Shown here: positions 18,698 to 33,944 of the stretch, in pieces
Position numbering within the stretch: the first letter of the stretch is position 1
Layout of the letters: each line of letters begins with the position of its first letter
NCBI GenBank assembly: GCA_963734895.1
Contig: CAVTIN010000001.1
Span: 18,990 to 82,989 of the forward strand
From: an uncultured Chloroflexia bacterium
GTDB lineage: Bacteria > Chloroflexota > Limnocylindria > Limnocylindrales > CSP1-4
Direction: 5' to 3'
Length of the DNA: 64,000 bases
The notes under the pieces: generated by a model
What the model saw: only the letters and a program-made list of their open reading frames with translations
What the model was told of the DNA's origin: nothing
Databases searched by the model: none
Translations under genes and position numbers: made by a program

Positions 18698-19594
18698 GTG
18701 ACGGTCTCCGAGCTCCTGCGCATCGGTGCGGAACGCCTTGCCGCGTCCGGTTCCGGGTCGCCTCGCCTGGACGCGGAGCTCCTGCTCGGCAACGTCCTGC
18801 GGGTCGATCGCGCGGGGTTGCTCACGCATTCGCAGGCGCCGGTCGGTGATGCTGCTCGTGACGCCTTCGAGGGCGCGATCCAGCGGCGCGAGCGCGGAGA
18901 GCCGGTCGCCTACATCCGCGGGTTTCGCGAGTTCCACGGCCTCGCCCTCTCCACCGACGCGCGCGCGCTCATCCCGCGCCCGGAGACGGAGCTGCTCGTC
19001 GATGCGGCCATCGACGAGGTGGTGGCGCGATTGGCCGCGAGCCCGCGGCCGCTCGGGACGCCCGCGTTGCGCGTCGCCGACGTCGGCACGGGTAGCGGAG
19101 CCATCGCCATCGCCATCCTGGCCGCGCTGCGGCGCCGCCGGATGGCCGACCAGGTCCTCGTCATCGCGATCGACGCCTCGGACGAGGCCCTGGATCTCGC
19201 CCGTGAGAACGCCGTCGGGCACGCCGTCGCCGACCGCCTGGTGTTCGTCTCGGCGGACCTGCTGCCGCCGCACGTGGACCCGCCGTACGCCCTCGTGTGC
19301 GCGAACCTCCCCTATGTGCCGTCGGGGGATCTCGACGGCCTGGCCGCCGAGCTCGCGTTCGAGCCGCGGCGGGCGCTCGACGGTGGTCCGGACGGCCTGG
19401 ACGTCGTCCGGCGCCTGCTGGACCAGCTGCCGACCGCGCTGGCGGCCGACGGCGTGGCGCTGCTCGAGATCGGGGCGGACCAGGGCGACGCGATCGGCCG
19501 CGAGGTGTCGACGCGGCTGCCGGGATGGCTTGCGACCGTGACAACCGACCTGGCCGGCCAGCCGAGGCTTGCCCGGATCGCGCGGCCCTCGTGA
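18698..19594 (+). CDS. prmC: Release factor glutamine methyltransferase
   Basis: LIPRPETE, DVGTGSG, ANLPY motifs; follows prfA. Confidence 0.95.
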   Translation: MTVSELLRIGAERLAASGSGSPRLDAELLLGNVLRVDRAGLLTHSQAPVGDAARDAFEGAIQRRERGEPVAYIRGFREFHGLALSTDARALIPRPETELLVDAAIDEVVARLAASPRPLGTPALRVADVGTGSGAIAIAILAALRRRRMADQVLVIAIDASDEALDLARENAVGHAVADRLVFVSADLLPPHVDPPYALVCANLPYVPSGDLDGLAAELAFEPRRALDGGPDGLDVVRRLLDQLPTALAADGVALLEIGADQGDAIGREVSTRLPGWLATVTTDLAGQPRLARIARPS

Positions 19595-20565
19595 ACAGGC
19601 TCCGGCCGGCCGTCCGACCGGCCCCCGAGCTCCCGATCCGGCTCATCGCGCTGGACATCGACGGCACGCTCGTCGGCCCCGACTTCCGAGTGTCCGATCG
19701 CACCCGGGCCGCGATCGCCGAGGCGGTACGGCAAGGTGTTCGCGTCTCGCTTGCGACCGGACGCATGGCCAGCTCCGCCGCGGTGTACGCGAACCAGCTG
19801 GGCATCATCGAGCCGATCGTGGCCCACCAGGGCGCGGTCATCCGGGCGATGCCCACGCGGCGCGAACGGCCCAGCGCGGGGGCGCACCCGTGGCGCGGAC
19901 GGGTCGGCCGGCTGCTCCACCATGAGCCCCTGCCGGCCGCGGTCGTGCGCGATGCGATCGCGTGGTGCCGGGCGCATGGCCTGGAGCCGCACGTGAACAA
20001 CCTCGAACGGATCGTGGCGTGGGCCGGCGACCCCAGCTTCGACGACTACTCCGGCTACCTGGGCCCGGGCGCCCGGGTCGTCGATGATCTCGCGGCCGCC
20101 ATCACCACGCCGATGTCCAAGGTCATCTCGGTGGGCGAGCCGCCGCGGCCGATGGAGCTGATCGACGAGGCGCGCCGCGCCTTCGCCGGGAGGGCCGACG
20201 CGACGGTGTCCCATCCGCGGTTCCTGGAGTTCGTCGCCCCGGGGGTTTCAAAGGGCGGTGCGGTTGCCTGGCTCGCGCACCGGGCGGGCGTTCCCCACTC
20301 GCAGGTGATGACCATCGGCGACGCGCTCAACGACCTGGAGATGATCGAGGATGCGGGTCACGGTGCGGCGATGGCATCCGCGCCGGCGGACGTCCGGCGC
20401 GTCGCGCGGTATGTGACGGGGCCGGTCGAGGAGGACGGCGCCGCGGAGCTGATCGAGGCGCTGGTCCTCGCGCCGCCCGAGGAGGCGCGACGCAACGCCG
20501 CGCACCTGGCCGAGGCGACCCGGGAAGCGCGCCCGCGGCCGGGCGAAACGTCCGGGACGGCATGA
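19591..20565 (+). CDS. Cof-type HAD-IIB hydrolase
   Basis: [26 protein letters not shown] motifs; GTGA overlap with prmC. Confidence 0.92.
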   Translation: MNRLRPAVRPAPELPIRLIALDIDGTLVGPDFRVSDRTRAAIAEAVRQGVRVSLATGRMASSAAVYANQLGIIEPIVAHQGAVIRAMPTRRERPSAGAHPWRGRVGRLLHHEPLPAAVVRDAIAWCRAHGLEPHVNNLERIVAWAGDPSFDDYSGYLGPGARVVDDLAAAITTPMSKVISVGEPPRPMELIDEARRAFAGRADATVSHPRFLEFVAPGVSKGGAVAWLAHRAGVPHSQVMTIGDALNDLEMIEDAGHGAAMASAPADVRRVARYVTGPVEEDGAAELIEALVLAPPEEARRNAAHLAEATREARPRPGETSGTA

Positions 20566-21251
20566 CGCCCGCCGACCGCCGACCCAGGGTCGTACCCGAC
20601 GGGGCCGCGGCCCGCGCCGAGGCCGTGGAGCTCCTGCGTGCGGGGGAGATCGTGGCGATCCCGACCGACACGGTCTACGGGATCGCCGCCGACCTCGCCC
20701 TCCCGGACGCCATCGAGCGGCTGTTCGGCGCCAAGCGACGGCCGCCGGAGAAGGCCGTGGCGCTGCTGCTCGCCGACGTGGATCAGGCCGGCGTGCTCGG
20801 GGTGCTGGGCCCGGCCGCGCGCGTGCTGGCGGAGCGGTTCTGGCCGGGCGGGCTCACGCTCGTCCTGCCGAGGCGCGCCGACGCCCGGCTTCCGGCGGTC
20901 ATCGCGGCGGGCGCTGCCACGGTGGGCGTCCGGGTGCCCGATCATCCGGCGCCGCGGGCGCTCGCCTCGGCGCTCGGGCCGCTGCCGACGACGTCCGCGA
21001 ACGTGTCGGGCGAGCCGGACGCGCGCGACGCCCCGGAGATCGTCGCTCTCCTCGGCGACGCGATTGCGCTGGTCCTCGATGGCGGACCGGTCCGGGGCGG
21101 CCCCGCCTCGACGGTCGTCGACTGCTCGGGGCCATCGCCGATCGTGCGAAGGATCGGCGCCATTGCGCCCGCGCTCATCGCCGAGGCGCTCGACGCGGCG
21201 GGGATCGAGCACCGAATCGAACCGCCGCCCGCGGGCGACGTGGGAAGATAG
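20562..21251 (+). CDS. tsaC: L-threonylcarbamoyladenylate synthase (Sua5/YrdC)
   Basis: [25 protein letters not shown] motifs. Confidence 0.93.
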   Translation: MTPADRRPRVVPDGAAARAEAVELLRAGEIVAIPTDTVYGIAADLALPDAIERLFGAKRRPPEKAVALLLADVDQAGVLGVLGPAARVLAERFWPGGLTLVLPRRADARLPAVIAAGAATVGVRVPDHPAPRALASALGPLPTTSANVSGEPDARDAPEIVALLGDAIALVLDGGPVRGGPASTVVDCSGPSPIVRRIGAIAPALIAEALDAAGIEHRIEPPPAGDVGR

Positions 21252-21298
21252 GCGACGTCCCGTCCGTCCTCGTCCGCTGCCCGCCTGGAGGTCCGCTC

Positions 21299-22636
<1,338 letters not shown>

Positions 22637-22645
22637 CCGCGCGCG

Positions 22646-23836
22646 ATGGGCCTGATCTCGACGTTCGACGAGGTCCTGCCGATCCTCGCCTCGGCGTTCG
22701 TCGTGGCCGCCGCCCTGTCGCTGCTCCTGACGCCGCTGGTGCGGCGGGCCTCGATGCGACTGGGCACGATCGACGAGCCGAACCACCGCCGGGTCAACGA
22801 GACCCCGGTACCGCGCGGCGGCGGGATCGCGGTTGCCGCCGCCTTCCTGGCCGTGGCGGTCGGCGTCATCGCGATCAACGACCGCCTCGACGTCGTCCCC
22901 GTGCCCCGGTCGCTCGACAGCGGGGAGCTCACCGCGCTGCTGCTCGGCGGGGCCGTCGCGGTCCTGCTGGGTGCCCTCGACGATGCGCTCCAGCTGCGCG
23001 CCCGCTGGCAGCTCGGGGGCCAGGTCCTGCTCGGCCTGATCGCCGTCGCGGCCGGCATCTCGGTCACCTTCCTCAACAACCCGTTCGGGCCGGGCTTCAT
23101 CCGGCTCGACGGACCGTTCGCCATCGGGTTCACGATGGTGTGGGTGATCGGGATGATCAACAGCATCAACTTCATCGACGGGCTCGACGGTCTGTCCTCG
23201 GGGATCGCGCTGATCGCCGCCGCGACGCTGGGCCTCATCTCCATGACGCCCGCGTTCTCACAGCCGTTCGTCGGGATCCTTTGCTTCGCCCTCGCCGGCG
23301 CGCTCCTCGGCTTCCTGCGCTGGAACTTCCACCCGGCGTCGATCTTCATCGGCACCAGCGGCGTGATGTTCGTGGGCTACACCCTCGCGCTGCTCGCGAT
23401 CATCGGCACGGCCAAGGTGGCCGTGGCTCTGCTCGTCCTTGGTGTCCCGATCATCGACACGTTCTGGATCATCGTCCGGCGCGCGGCGACGGGCCGGTCG
23501 CCGTTCACCCCCGATCGCCGCCATATCCATCACCGGCTGCTGGACCTGGGGCTGACCCACGGCCAGACCGTGCTCGTGATCTATGCGCTGTGCGTCGCCC
23601 TTGCCGCGTTGTCGCTGGTGCTGTCGGGCACCGGCCAGGTGTATGCGTTCCTCGGGCTCGGCGTCGCGTTCGGGCTGGCCCTGTTCCTGCTCACCCGCGC
23701 GGAGGCAGGTGCCGCGCTGGAAGCCGACACCTACGAGGAGCCCGAAACGCTGCCAGCGGAACCGCACCGGATCCGCCGCTGGCGGATCGCGCGCGGGTCC
23801 GTGTCCCGGCGGCGGTGGAGGAAGCGCACCCGATGA
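22646..23836 (+). CDS. Undecaprenyl-phosphate GlcNAc-1-phosphate transferase (WecA/TagO, MraY-like)
   Basis: PRGGG, GALDD, NSINFIDGLDGL, WNFHPASIF, DRRHIHHRL motifs. Confidence 0.92.
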   Translation: MGLISTFDEVLPILASAFVVAAALSLLLTPLVRRASMRLGTIDEPNHRRVNETPVPRGGGIAVAAAFLAVAVGVIAINDRLDVVPVPRSLDSGELTALLLGGAVAVLLGALDDALQLRARWQLGGQVLLGLIAVAAGISVTFLNNPFGPGFIRLDGPFAIGFTMVWVIGMINSINFIDGLDGLSSGIALIAAATLGLISMTPAFSQPFVGILCFALAGALLGFLRWNFHPASIFIGTSGVMFVGYTLALLAIIGTAKVAVALLVLGVPIIDTFWIIVRRAATGRSPFTPDRRHIHHRLLDLGLTHGQTVLVIYALCVALAALSLVLSGTGQVYAFLGLGVAFGLALFLLTRAEAGAALEADTYEEPETLPAEPHRIRRWRIARGSVSRRRWRKRTR

Positions 23837-23955
23837 CGGCGCGCGCCGCGTGACCGGAGCGGGCGGCCGGCCGACAGCGCGCGGCGGCATCCGAAACGGA
23901 CGGTTCTGACCCCCGTGGGCCTCTGGTATAGTCCCCCCACGGTGGTCGGTCGCCC

Positions 23956-24171
23956 ATGAACAGCGGTTTCGGAGCCTACGCGGTTCTCTTCTCCGAGATC
24001 GGCATCACCTTCTTCGTGGGGACTCTCACAGGCGTCCTGGCAGGTTGGTGGATCGACCAGCAGTTGGGCACGCTGCCCGTATTCGCCGTAGGCGGGGCTC
24101 TGGCCGGTTTCGGCCTCGGCGGCCTCGCGGTGGCCAAGTTGATCAGCCGGTTTCTTGCGAGGTTCGACTGA
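23956..24171 (+). CDS. AtpZ/AtpI-family small membrane protein
   Basis: Two TM helices with GWWIDQQLGT; first gene of the atp operon. Confidence 0.85.
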   Translation: MNSGFGAYAVLFSEIGITFFVGTLTGVLAGWWIDQQLGTLPVFAVGGALAGFGLGGLAVAKLISRFLARFD

Positions 24172-24211
24172 CGATGAACACCAACCGCCCGCGACGCGCG
24201 GGGGTCGGGAC

Positions 24212-25249
24212 GTGACCGACGAGTCGCCCGTGACCGTCGAGAATGTTCCAGCCGCGGATGCCGCCGGCGGTGGCGCCCAGCCTCGTGCAGGGCTCACCCG
24301 CAGCCGCAAGCTGCTGCTCGCCATCGTCGCCATCGTGGTGCTCGATATCGTCGCCGCCATCCTGATGGCGCCGGCGGGCTTTCCCGGTCCCAAGGAGAGC
24401 ATCAAGGGCAATCTCGAGCTGATCCCGCCGACCGTCGTGTTCGACCTGGCACCCAGGGCGTCCGAGCCGACCGGCGCCCTCGTCGTCGAGTTCCACCCCA
24501 GCATCACCTCGAGCATCGTGGTGTCCTGGATGGTGATGATCCTGATGATCGTCGTGTTCGTGGGCGTGGCCCAGAGCCTCGAACACCTGCCCAGGCGGGT
24601 CCAGAACGCGGTCGAGTTCGTCTACGAGGCCCTCGAGGACTTTGCGATGGCGCTCGGTGGCCCGCCCGCGCGCCCGTACGTCGGCATCTTCATCACCCTG
24701 TTCATGTTCATCGCGCTGGCCAACTGGACCGACCTGCTGATCTTCGGCGACAAGATCAACTTCCTGCGGACACCGACCAGCGACATCAACATCACGATCG
24801 GGCTGGCGCTGTTCAGCTTCCTGCTGTTCCACGTGGAAGGCGTTCGCCGCCTGGGACCCCGTCGGTACCTGGGCAAGTTCTTCAACTTCAGGGGGTTCCG
24901 AAAGAGCGTCGTCGACGGGCTCATCGACCTGTTCGTCGGGTTGACCGAGTTCCTGCTCGAGTTCTTCAAGCCGGTGACGCTGGCCTTCCGGTTGTTCGGC
25001 AACCTGTACGGCGGCGGCGTCATGCTCGGCGTGTTCACGGCGTTGCTGCTGGGCGTGCTGCCGCTGCCGTTCGTGGCGCTCGAAGGGTTCATCGGCTTCG
25101 TCCAGGCGCTAATCTTCAGCGTCCTGACCTTGATGTTCACGCTGCTCGCGGTCGAGAGCCACGACGAGGAGGCACATGCCGCCCCGGCGATGGCAACCGA
25201 TCCGCAGGTCGGCGGAGGCCCACCCCTGTCATCGGTCGCCTCGCATTGA
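24212..25249 (+). CDS. atpB: ATP synthase F0 subunit a
   Basis: PTSDINIT, LAFRLFGN, QALIFSVLT motifs. Confidence 0.95.
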   Translation: MTDESPVTVENVPAADAAGGGAQPRAGLTRSRKLLLAIVAIVVLDIVAAILMAPAGFPGPKESIKGNLELIPPTVVFDLAPRASEPTGALVVEFHPSITSSIVVSWMVMILMIVVFVGVAQSLEHLPRRVQNAVEFVYEALEDFAMALGGPPARPYVGIFITLFMFIALANWTDLLIFGDKINFLRTPTSDINITIGLALFSFLLFHVEGVRRLGPRRYLGKFFNFRGFRKSVVDGLIDLFVGLTEFLLEFFKPVTLAFRLFGNLYGGGVMLGVFTALLLGVLPLPFVALEGFIGFVQALIFSVLTLMFTLLAVESHDEEAHAAPAMATDPQVGGGPPLSSVASH

Positions 25250-25319
25250 GGCGGTCCGGGTATCCATTCGTCGGAGGTTGCGTCCGCGCACAGCGGTCGC
25301 CAGTGGAGGTAGAGACTCG

Positions 25320-25532
25320 ATGGAACTGATTGGCGCCGGCCTTGCCGCGATGGGCGTGATCGGGCCCGGCATCGGTATCGGGATCCTGACCGGCATGTCC
25401 ACCAGTGCGATGGGCCGCAACCCGGACGCCGCGGGGATCATCCGCGCGACGTTCATCATCGGCGCCGCGTTCGCCGAGGGGCTCGGCGTCCTGGCGTTCG
25501 TCGTGGGCGTCCTGATCGTCTTCCTCAAGTAG
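25320..25532 (+). CDS. atpE: ATP synthase F0 subunit c
   Basis: GxGxG helix, RNP loop, carboxylate in FAEG; GGAGG RBS. Confidence 0.96.
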   Translation: MELIGAGLAAMGVIGPGIGIGILTGMSTSAMGRNPDAAGIIRATFIIGAAFAEGLGVLAFVVGVLIVFLK

Positions 25533-25550
25533 CGTCGCGAGCGGATCGTC

Positions 25551-26123
25551 ATGCATCTCTTCGCGGTCGCTGCAGGCATCGTGTCGGCGGCAGCCGTCGC
25601 CCCCAGCGCGGAAAGCGGGTCAGGCCTCGTCATCAATGGGTTCTGGCTGATCGTCGCGCTGCTCAACTTCGTCCTGCTGTACGTGATCCTCCAGCTGTTC
25701 GCGTTTGGCCCGATCTCGCGCATGCTCGAGGAGCGGCGATCGCGCATCGAGCAGGGGCTTGCGGACGCAGAGCAGGCACGTCGTGATCGCGAATCGGGTG
25801 AGAAGGAGCGACTGACGGCCATCCAGGAAGCCCGCCGCGAAGCCAATGAGATCCTCAGTCGTGCCCAGAAGGTGGCATCCGAGACTCGCGAACAGGACCT
25901 GGCGGCCACCCGCGAGGAGCTCGGCAAGATGCGCGAACGCGCTGCTGCCGATTTCGAGGCAGAGAAGGAACGCGCGATCGCCGAGCTCCGCTCGGAGGTC
26001 GCCGACCTCGCCCTGTCCGCCGCGAGCCGTGTCGTCGGTGAGTCGATGACCGGCGAGCGCCAGCACAAGCTGGTCACCGACTTCCTGGCCGAACCGGCCA
26101 ATACCGGCGGGTCCAACGCCTGA
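25551..26123 (+). CDS. atpF: ATP synthase F0 subunit b
   Basis: TM helix plus charged coiled coil; operon position. Confidence 0.93.
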   Translation: MHLFAVAAGIVSAAAVAPSAESGSGLVINGFWLIVALLNFVLLYVILQLFAFGPISRMLEERRSRIEQGLADAEQARRDRESGEKERLTAIQEARREANEILSRAQKVASETREQDLAATREELGKMRERAAADFEAEKERAIAELRSEVADLALSAASRVVGESMTGERQHKLVTDFLAEPANTGGSNA

Positions 26124-26674
26124 TGGCTGGGCCCCTCACCGCTGCACGCCGCTACGCGGAGGCCGCCTTCGAGGTGGGCCTCCGGGACGATGAGCTCGAC
26201 CGCTGGCGGGATGATCTCGCCACGGCCGCGGACATCCTCGGCCGGCCCGAGGTTGCGCCGATCGTCCACAGCCCGGCTGTTCCGCTGCAGCAGCGCAAGA
26301 ACCTGGTGGCCGGCCTGCTCGAGTCCCGGATCCAGCCGGGGGCACTTCGGCTGGTCGACGTCCTCATGGCCCGGGGGCGCGTGAGCGTTCTCGCCCGGGT
26401 CTCGGAGGAGTTCGTCCGCCTGCTCAACGCTCATCGAGGCGTCGTCATGGCGACCGTCAGCAGCGCCGTGCCGCTGTCCGACGCCGAGACCGCCGCGATC
26501 CGGGATCGGGCCGAGGCGATGGCCGGCTCGGCCGTGGACCTCCGCAGCGAGGTCGATGCCTCGCTCATCGGCGGGATCACGATCCAGATCCGGGACCAGC
26601 TCCTCGACGCATCCATTCGCGGTCGCCTCGAGCGGCTGCGCGATCAACTTCACGCGGGGGGACGCCTCCGCTAG
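26123..26674 (+). CDS. atpH: ATP synthase F1 subunit delta
   Basis: [24 protein letters not shown] motifs. Confidence 0.94.
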   Translation: MAGPLTAARRYAEAAFEVGLRDDELDRWRDDLATAADILGRPEVAPIVHSPAVPLQQRKNLVAGLLESRIQPGALRLVDVLMARGRVSVLARVSEEFVRLLNAHRGVVMATVSSAVPLSDAETAAIRDRAEAMAGSAVDLRSEVDASLIGGITIQIRDQLLDASIRGRLERLRDQLHAGGRLR

Positions 26675-26742
26675 CCCCCGCCCGCGCCGCCGGCCCCGTG
26701 CCGGCGAGACGGGAGCCTGCGAAACGCCCGAACGGAGACGCG

Positions 26743-28275
<1,533 letters not shown>

Positions 28276-28293
28276 GCCTGCCCGGGACCGCCC

Positions 28294-29154
28294 ATGCCTA
28301 GCCAGCGCGAGATCCGGCGCCGCATCGGCAGCGCGCGGAACATCAAGCAGATCACCCGCGCCATGCAGTTCGTCGCCGCCTCGAAGCTGCGCAGGGCGCA
28401 GGACTCGACGCTCGCCTCTCGACCCTACCGCGAGAAGCTGGACGAGGTGATCGCCGATCTCGCCGCCGTCCTCGGGGGCACCGACCACCCGTTGCTCGCG
28501 GAACGCCGGATCGACGCCGCGCACAGCCGCCTGATCGTGATCATCACCAGCGATCGCGGCCTGGCGGGCGCGCTCAACACCAACACGATCCGGTTCGTCG
28601 CCCGCGAGATCACGGACCATCCGGGCGACCTCAAGGTCGCGACCGTCGGCCGCAAGGGTCGCGACGCGATGCGACGCTCACGGGTGCCGATCGCCGCTCA
28701 TTTCGAGGGCTTCGGCGACCGCCCCGCCTTCGCCGACGTCCTGCCGCTGGCCCGGCTCGTGACCGACGATTTCGTCGCCGGCACCTACGATCGGATCGAT
28801 GTCGCCTACTCGCGCTTCGTGTCAACGCTCGTCCAGCGCCCGGTCATCGACCAGCTGCTGCCCGTCGTGCCCAGCGAGGACACCGAGGGCATTCCCGGCC
28901 ACCAGTTCATCTTCGAGCCCAACCCAGCGGACTTCCTCCAGTCGCTCCTCCCACGCTACGTCGCGACCCGCCTGTTCCAGGCGGTGCTCGAGGCCAAGGC
29001 GAGCGAGGAATCGTCGAGGATGGTCGCGATGAAGAACGCCACCGAGAACGCCCAGGAGCTCATCGAGGACCTGACGCTCTCGTACAACAAGGTCCGTCAG
29101 TCCAACATCACTCGCGAGATGATCGAGATCGCGAGCGGCGCCCAGGCCCGCTAG
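28294..29154 (+). CDS. atpG: ATP synthase F1 subunit gamma
   Basis: ITRAMQFVAASK, SDRGLAG, RMVAMKNATENA, RQSNITRE motifs. Confidence 0.97.
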   Translation: MPSQREIRRRIGSARNIKQITRAMQFVAASKLRRAQDSTLASRPYREKLDEVIADLAAVLGGTDHPLLAERRIDAAHSRLIVIITSDRGLAGALNTNTIRFVAREITDHPGDLKVATVGRKGRDAMRRSRVPIAAHFEGFGDRPAFADVLPLARLVTDDFVAGTYDRIDVAYSRFVSTLVQRPVIDQLLPVVPSEDTEGIPGHQFIFEPNPADFLQSLLPRYVATRLFQAVLEAKASEESSRMVAMKNATENAQELIEDLTLSYNKVRQSNITREMIEIASGAQAR

Positions 29155-30597
<1,443 letters not shown>

Positions 30598-30638
30598 TGA
30601 CCGTGATCCTCGCCCGCGCTCTCGCCGGCCTGGACTCG

Positions 30639-30672
30639 GGCCGATTCCAGTCCTGCGGGACTGAGATCGGCC
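30639..30672. repeat. REP-like imperfect palindrome, copy 1
   Basis: GATTCCAGTCC-loop-GGACTGAGATC core; inverted relative to copies 2 and 3. Confidence 0.8.
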
Positions 30673-30829
30673 TCGCCCCGGCTGGCTACGCGGGGGCGGG
30701 TTCCGTCTCCTCCCTCCGGAACGAGGACGGCGTGCTCCGGCCGCTCGGTCTCGGGTTGCGAGGGGGCGGGGGAGTTGGTGCGTCCCTGGCCGCCCGCCAC
30801 GTGGCCGGCCGCGCAGGCGGGGCGCGGGA

Positions 30830-30863
30830 GGCCGATCTCAGTCCGGAGGACTGGAATCGGACC
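30830..30863. repeat. REP-like imperfect palindrome, copy 2
   Basis: GATCTCAGTCC-GGA-GGACTGGAATC core. Confidence 0.8.
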
Positions 30864-30919
30864 GAACGCGCCACGCCGGAAGCGGACGGCGACAGCGGCC
30901 GACGAAGGGAGATCGCCTG

Positions 30920-31348
30920 ATGCCCGTCCTGCTCGAGATCGTGACCCCCGAGCGGCTGGCGTACTCGGACGAGGTCGACATGGTGCTCGTCCCGGGTGTC
31001 GACGGCGAGCTGGGGATCCTGCCCCACCACACGCCGCTGGTGTCGCTGCTGGGTGTCGGCGAGCTCAAGATCCGCAAGGGTGGCTCCGAGGAGAGCTTCG
31101 CGATCGCCGGCGGCTTCCTCCAGGTGCGGCCCGACAAGGTCGTGGTCATGGCGGAGACCGCGGACCTTGCTGCGGACATCGACCTCGAGAAGGCCCAGGA
31201 GGCTCGCCGCGAGGCGGAGCGCGCGCTCGAGAGCGGGTATCACGAGGGCGCCGATCTTGCCTCCGCGAGGGCTGCTCTCCAGCAGGCGTTGCTGCGGGTT
31301 CGGGTTGCCGAGCGACGGCACCGGGAAGGGCCCCGGTCGCGGGGCTGA
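30920..31348 (+). CDS. atpC: ATP synthase F1 subunit epsilon
   Basis: LEIVTPER, GELGILPHHTPL, AGGFLQV motifs. Confidence 0.97.
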   Translation: MPVLLEIVTPERLAYSDEVDMVLVPGVDGELGILPHHTPLVSLLGVGELKIRKGGSEESFAIAGGFLQVRPDKVVVMAETADLAADIDLEKAQEARREAERALESGYHEGADLASARAALQQALLRVRVAERRHREGPRSRG

Positions 31349-31350
31349 CG

Positions 31351-32682
31351 GTGGTAGACGCTCGCCCGTTTCACTGGGAGTTCCGACCGGAGCCGCCCCC
31401 GCCGGAGACCTTCCGCATCGAAGGCGGACGACCGCTCCAGGGCACGGTTCACGTCAGCGGCGCCAAGAACGCGGCCCTCAAGCTGCTTGCCGCATCGACG
31501 CTGACCGGCGAGCGCTGCCGGTTCACGAACGTCCCGGAGATCGAGGACGTGCGCGTGATGGCGGAGACGCTGTCGGACCTGGGCGTCGTGGTCGAGCATC
31601 CGGCGGCCGGCGTGTACGAGGTCGCATCGGGCGACGTGGAATGGCTGTTCGTCCCGCTCGAGGCCGCCGCCAAGATGCGCGCGTCGTTCATCCTGCTGGG
31701 CCCGCTGCTGTCCCGGTTCGGCCGCGTCATCATGAGCAACCCTGGCGGCGATCGCATCGGGCGCCGGCCCGTCAACCTGCACGTGGACGCGATGCGCGCG
31801 CTGGGTGCCGCGATCGAGTACCGCAACGGCTATTACTTCGCGCAGGCGCCGGGACGGCTCCGCGGTGGAGAGGTCCGCTTCCCGCAGGTGACGGTCATGG
31901 GCACCGAGAACGCGATGCTCGCCGCGACCCTCGCCGAGGGCGACACCGTGATCCGGCCGGCGGCGCAGGAGCCCGAGGTGGACGACCTCATCGCGTTCCT
32001 GGTCAAGATGGGCGCCGACGTGGTCCGGACCGAACCTGACGTGATCGAGGTCCACGGCCGCAGACGCCTCCGCGGCGCCGAGCATTCCGTGATCCCGGAC
32101 CGGATCGAGACCGGAACGTTCCTGATCGCCGGTGCGATCACGGGCGGCCGGATCAAGCTCGAGAACGCGGCCTGCGACGAGGTCGGCGCGCTGGTCGAGC
32201 TGCTGGGCAGGGTCGGCGTGCCGGTCGCGTGCGGCAAGCATTCCATCGAGCTGGATGCCACCGGCCTCCAGGCCGGGGACCTGCGCGCTCAGGACATCGA
32301 GACCGCGCCCTACCCGGGCCTCGCGACCGACCTCCAGCCACCGACCTGCGTGCTGCTGACCCAGGCCGCCGGCGTCTCACACGTCCACGAGGCGATCTTC
32401 GAGGACCGCATCGAATGGCTGACCGAGCTGCGGAAGCTGGGCGCGCACGTCGACATCGCGGACGCGCACCACGCGGCGATCCACGGGCCCACCCGCCTCC
32501 ACGGGGCTGAGGCCACGATCGGCGATCTGCGGGCGGGAGCCTCGCTGATCCTGGCGGCACTGGCCGCCGACGGCGCCTCGCTGATCCACGGCGCGCATCA
32601 CGTTCACCGGGGGTATGAGAACATCGACCGCAAGTTCCAGCAGCTGGGAGCGAGCATCACCCGTTCGGCCGATCAGGCCTGA
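31351..32682 (+). CDS. murA: UDP-N-acetylglucosamine 1-carboxyvinyltransferase (Asp-type active site)
   Basis: SGAKNAAL, MRAS, PGGDRIGRRP, PDRIE, PYPGLATDLQ, DLRAGA, RGYE motifs. Confidence 0.95.
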   Translation: MVDARPFHWEFRPEPPPPETFRIEGGRPLQGTVHVSGAKNAALKLLAASTLTGERCRFTNVPEIEDVRVMAETLSDLGVVVEHPAAGVYEVASGDVEWLFVPLEAAAKMRASFILLGPLLSRFGRVIMSNPGGDRIGRRPVNLHVDAMRALGAAIEYRNGYYFAQAPGRLRGGEVRFPQVTVMGTENAMLAATLAEGDTVIRPAAQEPEVDDLIAFLVKMGADVVRTEPDVIEVHGRRRLRGAEHSVIPDRIETGTFLIAGAITGGRIKLENAACDEVGALVELLGRVGVPVACGKHSIELDATGLQAGDLRAQDIETAPYPGLATDLQPPTCVLLTQAAGVSHVHEAIFEDRIEWLTELRKLGAHVDIADAHHAAIHGPTRLHGAEATIGDLRAGASLILAALAADGASLIHGAHHVHRGYENIDRKFQQLGASITRSADQA

Positions 32683-32771
32683 CGATCCGCCTCCCCGTCC
32701 GGCAATCCTCATCTCGCGGATGACCGTCGCGCACGGTTCACCGCGGCCCCAGGAGTAGCATTCCCGCCGTC

Positions 32772-33770
32772 ATGAAGATTGGTATCGACCTCGGCACCGC
32801 GAACGTCATCGTCTACGTCAAGGGCAAGGGCATCGTGATCACGGAGCCCTCCGTCGTCGCGGTCGGCGAGGACAACAGGATCGTCGCCGTGGGCGAGGAG
32901 GCCCGCGAGATGATCGGCCGCACGCCCGGCAACATCCAGGCCATCCGCCCCATGAAGGATGGCGTCATCGCCGACTACGTGATCACGGAGGCGATGCTCC
33001 GCTTCTTCATCGGCAAGGCGCGGAAGGGCCAGCTCGGCTTCTCGCGGCCGGAGGTCATGATCTCCGTCCCCGCCGGCGTGACGTCGGTCGAGAAGCGGGC
33101 CGTCCGCGACGCCGCGCTCAAGGCCGGGGCCAAGGATGCGTTCCTGATCGAGGAGCCCCTGGCCGCTGCGATCGGCGCCAACGTGCCCATCAGCGGACCC
33201 TCGGGGAACATGATCATCGATATCGGCGGCGGGACCTCCGAGATCGCGGTGATCGCGCTGGGCGGCATCGTCGTGTTCAACAGCCTGCGCGTGGGCGGCA
33301 ACAAGTTCGACGAGTCGATCGCCTCGTACATCCGCAAGAAGTACAACCTGATGATCGGCGAGCGGACCGCAGAAGAGGTCAAGATCCAGATCGGAACCGC
33401 GCTTCCGCTGGAGCGCGAGCTGACCATGGAGGTCCGCGGTCGGGACCTGATCGCGGGGCTGCCGCGCACGATCCCCATCACCTCGTCCGAGGTGATGGAG
33501 GCGATCGAGATCCCGCTCCAGCAGCTGGTCACCGCGGTGCGAACGGTCCTGGAACAGACGCCACCCGAGCTCAGCTCGGACATCATCGACAAGGGCATGG
33601 TGATGTCGGGCGGCGGCTCGCTGTTGCGCAACGTCGACAAGCTGCTGACGCAGGTCACCGGCGTCCCGTGCCACGTCGCGGAGAACTCGCTGAACTGCGT
33701 CGCGCTGGGCACCGGGCTCGCGCTGGAGCACTTCGACTTCTTCAAGAAGTCCCTCGTCCAGCAGATCTGA
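32772..33770 (+). CDS. mreB: Rod shape-determining protein MreB/Mbl
   Basis: [36 protein letters not shown] motifs. Confidence 0.96.
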   Translation: MKIGIDLGTANVIVYVKGKGIVITEPSVVAVGEDNRIVAVGEEAREMIGRTPGNIQAIRPMKDGVIADYVITEAMLRFFIGKARKGQLGFSRPEVMISVPAGVTSVEKRAVRDAALKAGAKDAFLIEEPLAAAIGANVPISGPSGNMIIDIGGGTSEIAVIALGGIVVFNSLRVGGNKFDESIASYIRKKYNLMIGERTAEEVKIQIGTALPLERELTMEVRGRDLIAGLPRTIPITSSEVMEAIEIPLQQLVTAVRTVLEQTPPELSSDIIDKGMVMSGGGSLLRNVDKLLTQVTGVPCHVAENSLNCVALGTGLALEHFDFFKKSLVQQI

Positions 33771-33944
33771 GTCGTATGGTCGAGGTCGGCGCCGCGTCGG
33801 GGCCATCCTCCGCGATTCGAGCCCTTTGGGCAAAGATCGCGTCCGGTAGGCCCCGCCGTGGCGCCTTCCGAATCCTCCGAACTCGATCGACGGGGGACTT
33901 CTCTCATCCGGAGATTCGCAGGCCAGATGGGTCGCCCTATCGCA

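Noticed and set aside
15999-18825. Very long alternative-frame and antisense ORFs (900 aa, 841 aa and similar elsewhere)
   Set aside because: Arg/Pro/Gly-rich shadow ORFs expected in high-GC DNA overlapping clear genes
25320-25532. Na+-coupled ATP synthase
   Set aside because: The c subunit has FAEG without the Gln and ES/ET sodium-binding signature; consistent with H+ coupling
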